DNA from: Nitrospira sp.
GTDB taxonomy: Bacteria > Nitrospirota > Nitrospiria > Nitrospirales > Nitrospiraceae
Direction: 5' to 3'
Length of the DNA stretch: 64,000 nt
Assembly: GCA_005239465.1 (NCBI GenBank)
Contig: SPAW01000002.1
Coordinates: forward strand, 40,868 to 104,867
This document shows, piece after piece, positions 61,045 through 64,000 of this stretch (its first letter is position 1; every line of letters begins with the position of its first letter). The notes under the pieces are model-generated. The model worked only from the letters and a program-made list of their open reading frames with translations. It did no database searches and was not told the origin of the DNA. The translations under genes and the position numbers were made by a program.

Positions 61045-64000
61045 TTAGACTTTGATCTTAATGTGTTCCCCCTTGAGCCACTTGATCATGAACTCGTTCT
61101 CCTGACCCGGCGTGAAGCCGGTCCGGACCGGTTCCCATGGACCCCGCGCGCCGATGCCGCCGTCTTCCGCCTTGGTGATGCGGATCAAGCATTCTTTCGG
61201 CACCGTGTTGATCGCGTGGTGGTCGACCTGGTAGCCCCACTTGAACTTCCAGGCAATCGCATGCTTGCCCGGGAGTGAGTCGGTTTGGTGCATCGGCATC
61301 AACCAGTTTCGCGTGAACGACTGCTGGGCTCCATACCGGAAATTCGACTGATAGCCGGTATCGATAGCAATCGCGCGGCCGTCCGGTCGGGTCTCGTGCC
61401 CCTTCACCGATTTCGGTGTGGCCACATACGGGGCGTGCTTCGCCATCGTCACGTGGTACGGATAGGAGGGGTTGTACTTCGCCCGGATCATCAACCGCGC
61501 GACTTTATAATAGGGATCGCTCGGCTTCCAGCCGCGATACGGCCGGTCCACCGGGTTCCCGTCCACATAAACATAGTCGCCGTCGTTGATGCCGCGGTCT
61601 TTCGCTGCCTGCGGGTTGATGTGCAACTGGTGTTCGCCGACCCCCGGCGTCCGCTTGTCCATGCGGTACGGATCGCCGAAGTTTGACTCGTAAATCTGCA
61701 CCCAGTCGTTCACCGACCACTGGCTGTGCACCCGGTGACGGGTCTTCGGGGTGACGCAGTAGAACTGGTACCCCTTTTCCCACAACGGATTGCTGTGGCG
61801 CTTGATCTCGTGCCACGACAGCTTGATGTTCCGGACCGTCTTGTCATCGTGGTGTTGCGCCGTGATCGGAATCCCGTAGTCATCCGGACGACAATAGGGA
61901 TTCGTCGTAAAGATGGCGTTCGGCAGGTACGGTGTCGCTTCCGGTCCCTCACGGTGAGAGATGAAGTTTTCGCCGTACTCGATGGCTTCCGGCTCGATGC
62001 GATAGTTCTCGTACCGGCCGCTGCGGGTCCACATGGGCTTGGACTCGTTGGTCTCTTCCCAAAAGGGATGCCGCGGATAGGTGCGGACCATCACCATCCA
62101 GCCCTTTTCCGACTTCAGCATGACGTCGGCTGAATAGCCGTAGAAGGTACTGGAAGCATCGAGCATCCGCTGCGCATAGACGTCAACACGATTGGCATAG
62201 ACCATCGCGAAGTAGTCCTTCATGCGCTTGTCGCCGGTCATGTCCGACAACTTCGCCGCCACGCCTGCGAACGTGTCGAGATCGTTGCGAGTGTCGTACA
62301 AGGGGCGGATACCGCCCTTCCAAATCTGCACCCAGGGATTGGACACTGTCACTGTCATTTCCGGATAGGTGAACTCCATCCATGAGTTACAGGCAAAGGC
62401 GATATCGCTGTGATTGATGTCCGACGTCATCTCGATGTCCTGCGTGATTATGGTCTCGATGTTCGGATCCACGTTACGCACCATGTCGTAATGGTGCTTG
62501 GCGTTGTTGAGCACGTTCACGTTGGTCACCCAACGGAACTTGCTCGGGGTCGGCATGTGGGTCTTGCCGGTGAATACTTTGCGTCCATATTTGGGCGTAT
62601 TGACGATCAAGGCCGTATCACCGTGGTTCCAGTAGCCGACTTCCTCGCCGTAGTAGTACGACTTGGTCTTGATTTCCTTGCCGTGCGCATTCGGATCCAA
62701 GGTGATATTGAAGGGATCCTCACCCGTATGCACGGCCAGACCAGCGCCGGACCAGGGCGTCGCAGTCCACGTTCCGGCTTTGTAGTTACCGGCCCAAGTA
62801 TGCTGCCCCGTGCCGAACTTTCCGACGTTGCCGGTGATGATGAGCACCATCGCAGCGCCGCGGGCGTTAATTGTTTGATGGAAATAGTGACAGGTGCCTT
62901 CACCGTTATGGATCGCGGCCGGCTTGATCGTGCCAGAGTCGCGTGCCCAGCGAACGATGAGGTCCTTCGGCGTGCGGCAAATCTGATGGACGGTGTCCAG
63001 GTCGTAGTCCTGGAAGTGCACCATGTACATCTGCCACACCGGCATCGCGTCGATCTCACGACCGTTGAGCAGCTTCACCCGGTAGGTGCCGTTGAGGGCT
63101 GCATCGATGCCGCTATTGGTATAGTGCCATCCCACCTGCTCACGATGCAGAGGAACAGCCTGTTTCTTGTTGAGGTCCCAGACCATCATCCCACCGAGCC
63201 GCTCAATCTGCTCCGGCTTCAAGGACTGAATCCGACCCGAGTAGCTCTTCGAGAAATCCGGAAACTTATAGTCTGCCACCACGTCGCGCGGATCGAGGTA
63301 TTGCAACGTATCCGTGCGGACGAGGATTGGGGCATCCGTGAACGACTTCAAGAAGTCAATGTCGTGCATGTTTTCATCGACAATGATCTTCATGGCGCCC
63401 AAGAACAGCGAGCCGTCTGACTCCGGACGCAACGGCATCCAGTAGTCGGCCCGATAGGCGGTCGGATTGTATTCGGGCGTGATGACGACCACGCGCGCGC
63501 CGCGCTCGATACATTCCAACTTCCAGTGGGCTTCCGGCATCTTGTTTTCGACGAAGTTCTTGCCCCAGCTTGTGTTCAGCTTGGAGAAGCGCATGTCGGA
63601 GAGGTCGATGTCCGACCCCTGGGCACCTGACCACCAGGGGTGGGCGGGGTTCTGGTCGCCGTGCCAGGTATAGTTTGACCAATAGCGGCCGCCCTGCGCC
63701 TGATCCGGGCCGACTTTCCGAATCCAAGTATCCAGCAGCGCATTGATGCCGCCGTTCATCCGGGTGTTCCCCATCTTGCCGATGATGCCGAGGACCGGCA
63801 TCCCTGCGCGGTGCTTGAAGGTGCGGGTTCCCGCGCCTTTCATCATCTCGATCATTTCCGGCGCGTAGCCCTGCTCACGGAGACGGCGCGCACCTGCTTC
63901 ACCGCTGTACCGAGTCGCGATGATGACCATCGATTTGGCGGCATAGGTGAAGGCCGTGTCCCAGGACACGCGGAGCATGTCGTCCAGGAAGCGGCTGTCA
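61045..64000 (-). CDS. nxrA: Nitrite oxidoreductase alpha subunit (Mo-bisPGD, DMSO reductase family type II); N-terminus beyond right edge
   Basis: A >980-aa open frame reaches the window edge. It contains molybdopterin oxidoreductase blocks (..FKHRAGMPVLGIIGKMGN.., ..ITGNVGKFGTGQHTWAGNYK.., ..VYVDGNPVDRPYRGW..) and lies immediately upstream of nxrB. Confidence 0.9.
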   Translation of the reverse strand, partial: DSRFLDDMLRVSWDTAFTYAAKSMVIIATRYSGEAGARRLREQGYAPEMIEMMKGAGTRTFKHRAGMPVLGIIGKMGNTRMNGGINALLDTWIRKVGPDQAQGGRYWSNYTWHGDQNPAHPWWSGAQGSDIDLSDMRFSKLNTSWGKNFVENKMPEAHWKLECIERGARVVVITPEYNPTAYRADYWMPLRPESDGSLFLGAMKIIVDENMHDIDFLKSFTDAPILVRTDTLQYLDPRDVVADYKFPDFSKSYSGRIQSLKPEQIERLGGMMVWDLNKKQAVPLHREQVGWHYTNSGIDAALNGTYRVKLLNGREIDAMPVWQMYMVHFQDYDLDTVHQICRTPKDLIVRWARDSGTIKPAAIHNGEGTCHYFHQTINARGAAMVLIITGNVGKFGTGQHTWAGNYKAGTWTATPWSGAGLAVHTGEDPFNITLDPNAHGKEIKTKSYYYGEEVGYWNHGDTALIVNTPKYGRKVFTGKTHMPTPSKFRWVTNVNVLNNAKHHYDMVRNVDPNIETIITQDIEMTSDINHSDIAFACNSWMEFTYPEMTVTVSNPWVQIWKGGIRPLYDTRNDLDTFAGVAAKLSDMTGDKRMKDYFAMVYANRVDVYAQRMLDASSTFYGYSADVMLKSEKGWMVMVRTYPRHPFWEETNESKPMWTRSGRYENYRIEPEAIEYGENFISHREGPEATPYLPNAIFTTNPYCRPDDYGIPITAQHHDDKTVRNIKLSWHEIKRHSNPLWEKGYQFYCVTPKTRHRVHSQWSVNDWVQIYESNFGDPYRMDKRTPGVGEHQLHINPQAAKDRGINDGDYVYVDGNPVDRPYRGWKPSDPYYKVARLMIRAKYNPSYPYHVTMAKHAPYVATPKSVKGHETRPDGRAIAIDTGYQSNFRYGAQQSFTRNWLMPMHQTDSLPGKHAIAWKFKWGYQVDHHAINTVPKECLIRITKAEDGGIGARGPWEPVRTGFTPGQENEFMIKWLKGEHIKIKV

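Noticed and set aside
59942-63420. Plus-strand ORFs (245 aa at 59942-60679; 336 aa at 62410-63420, and others)
   Set aside because: They are antisense to nxrB and nxrA, which are identified with high confidence.

Overview
High-GC bacterial chromosomal window. The gene content points to a Nitrospira-like nitrite oxidiser (inference): periplasmic-type nitrite oxidoreductase nxrB plus window-truncated nxrA at 59.6-64.0 kb, and many 4-nt ATGA stop/start overlaps. About 75 protein genes can be supported. I saw no rRNA, tRNA, CRISPR array or transposase. The left part (1-19 kb) and right part (45-59 kb) are mostly housekeeping: msrA, tldD/pmbA, radical SAM, ettA, selO, arfB, fabI, mug, gcvT, FKBP, beta-CASP hydrolase, LOG and others. 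The unusual core is 19.6-42.2 kb. (i) A PAS/sigma-54 activator is followed by a textbook -24/-12 promoter and a co-directional set: iscU, Zn-ribbon, ferredoxin, Rieske, orphan nuoB, iscA, rhodanese, DsrE-like, orphan nuoI. (ii) A truncated, diverged copy of the selO 5' end forms a direct repeat with the intact selO 6.6 kb away and brackets that set. (iii) A ~12.4-kb translationally coupled operon starts with a DUF2309/DabA carbonic-anhydrase-like protein. It continues with a complete Mbh-order Mrp module (E-F-G-DUF4040/B-B-C-D), a NuoL-like subunit with an in-frame 81-bp tandem repeat in its C-terminal extension, a NuoM-like subunit, an ArsB/NhaD permease, a CBS protein and a decayed SulP gene. 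(iv) An intact SulP transporter follows. Both dabA and sulP are preceded by similar hairpin-plus-terminator leaders. DabA + Mrp + NuoL/M, possibly with the upstream NuoB/NuoI, is my best candidate for an undescribed membrane complex. A ~3-kb low-GC islet (42.2-45.2 kb) carries a decayed toxin-antitoxin pair and two restriction-endonuclease-like genes with no methyltransferase. A modular GTGAAGCG-type palindromic repeat occurs around fabI and in the nxrA-nxrB spacer. All functional calls rest on my recognition of motifs in the translations; no database search was possible. The ORF track uses alternative start codons shown as M, so several starts were re-picked by hand.
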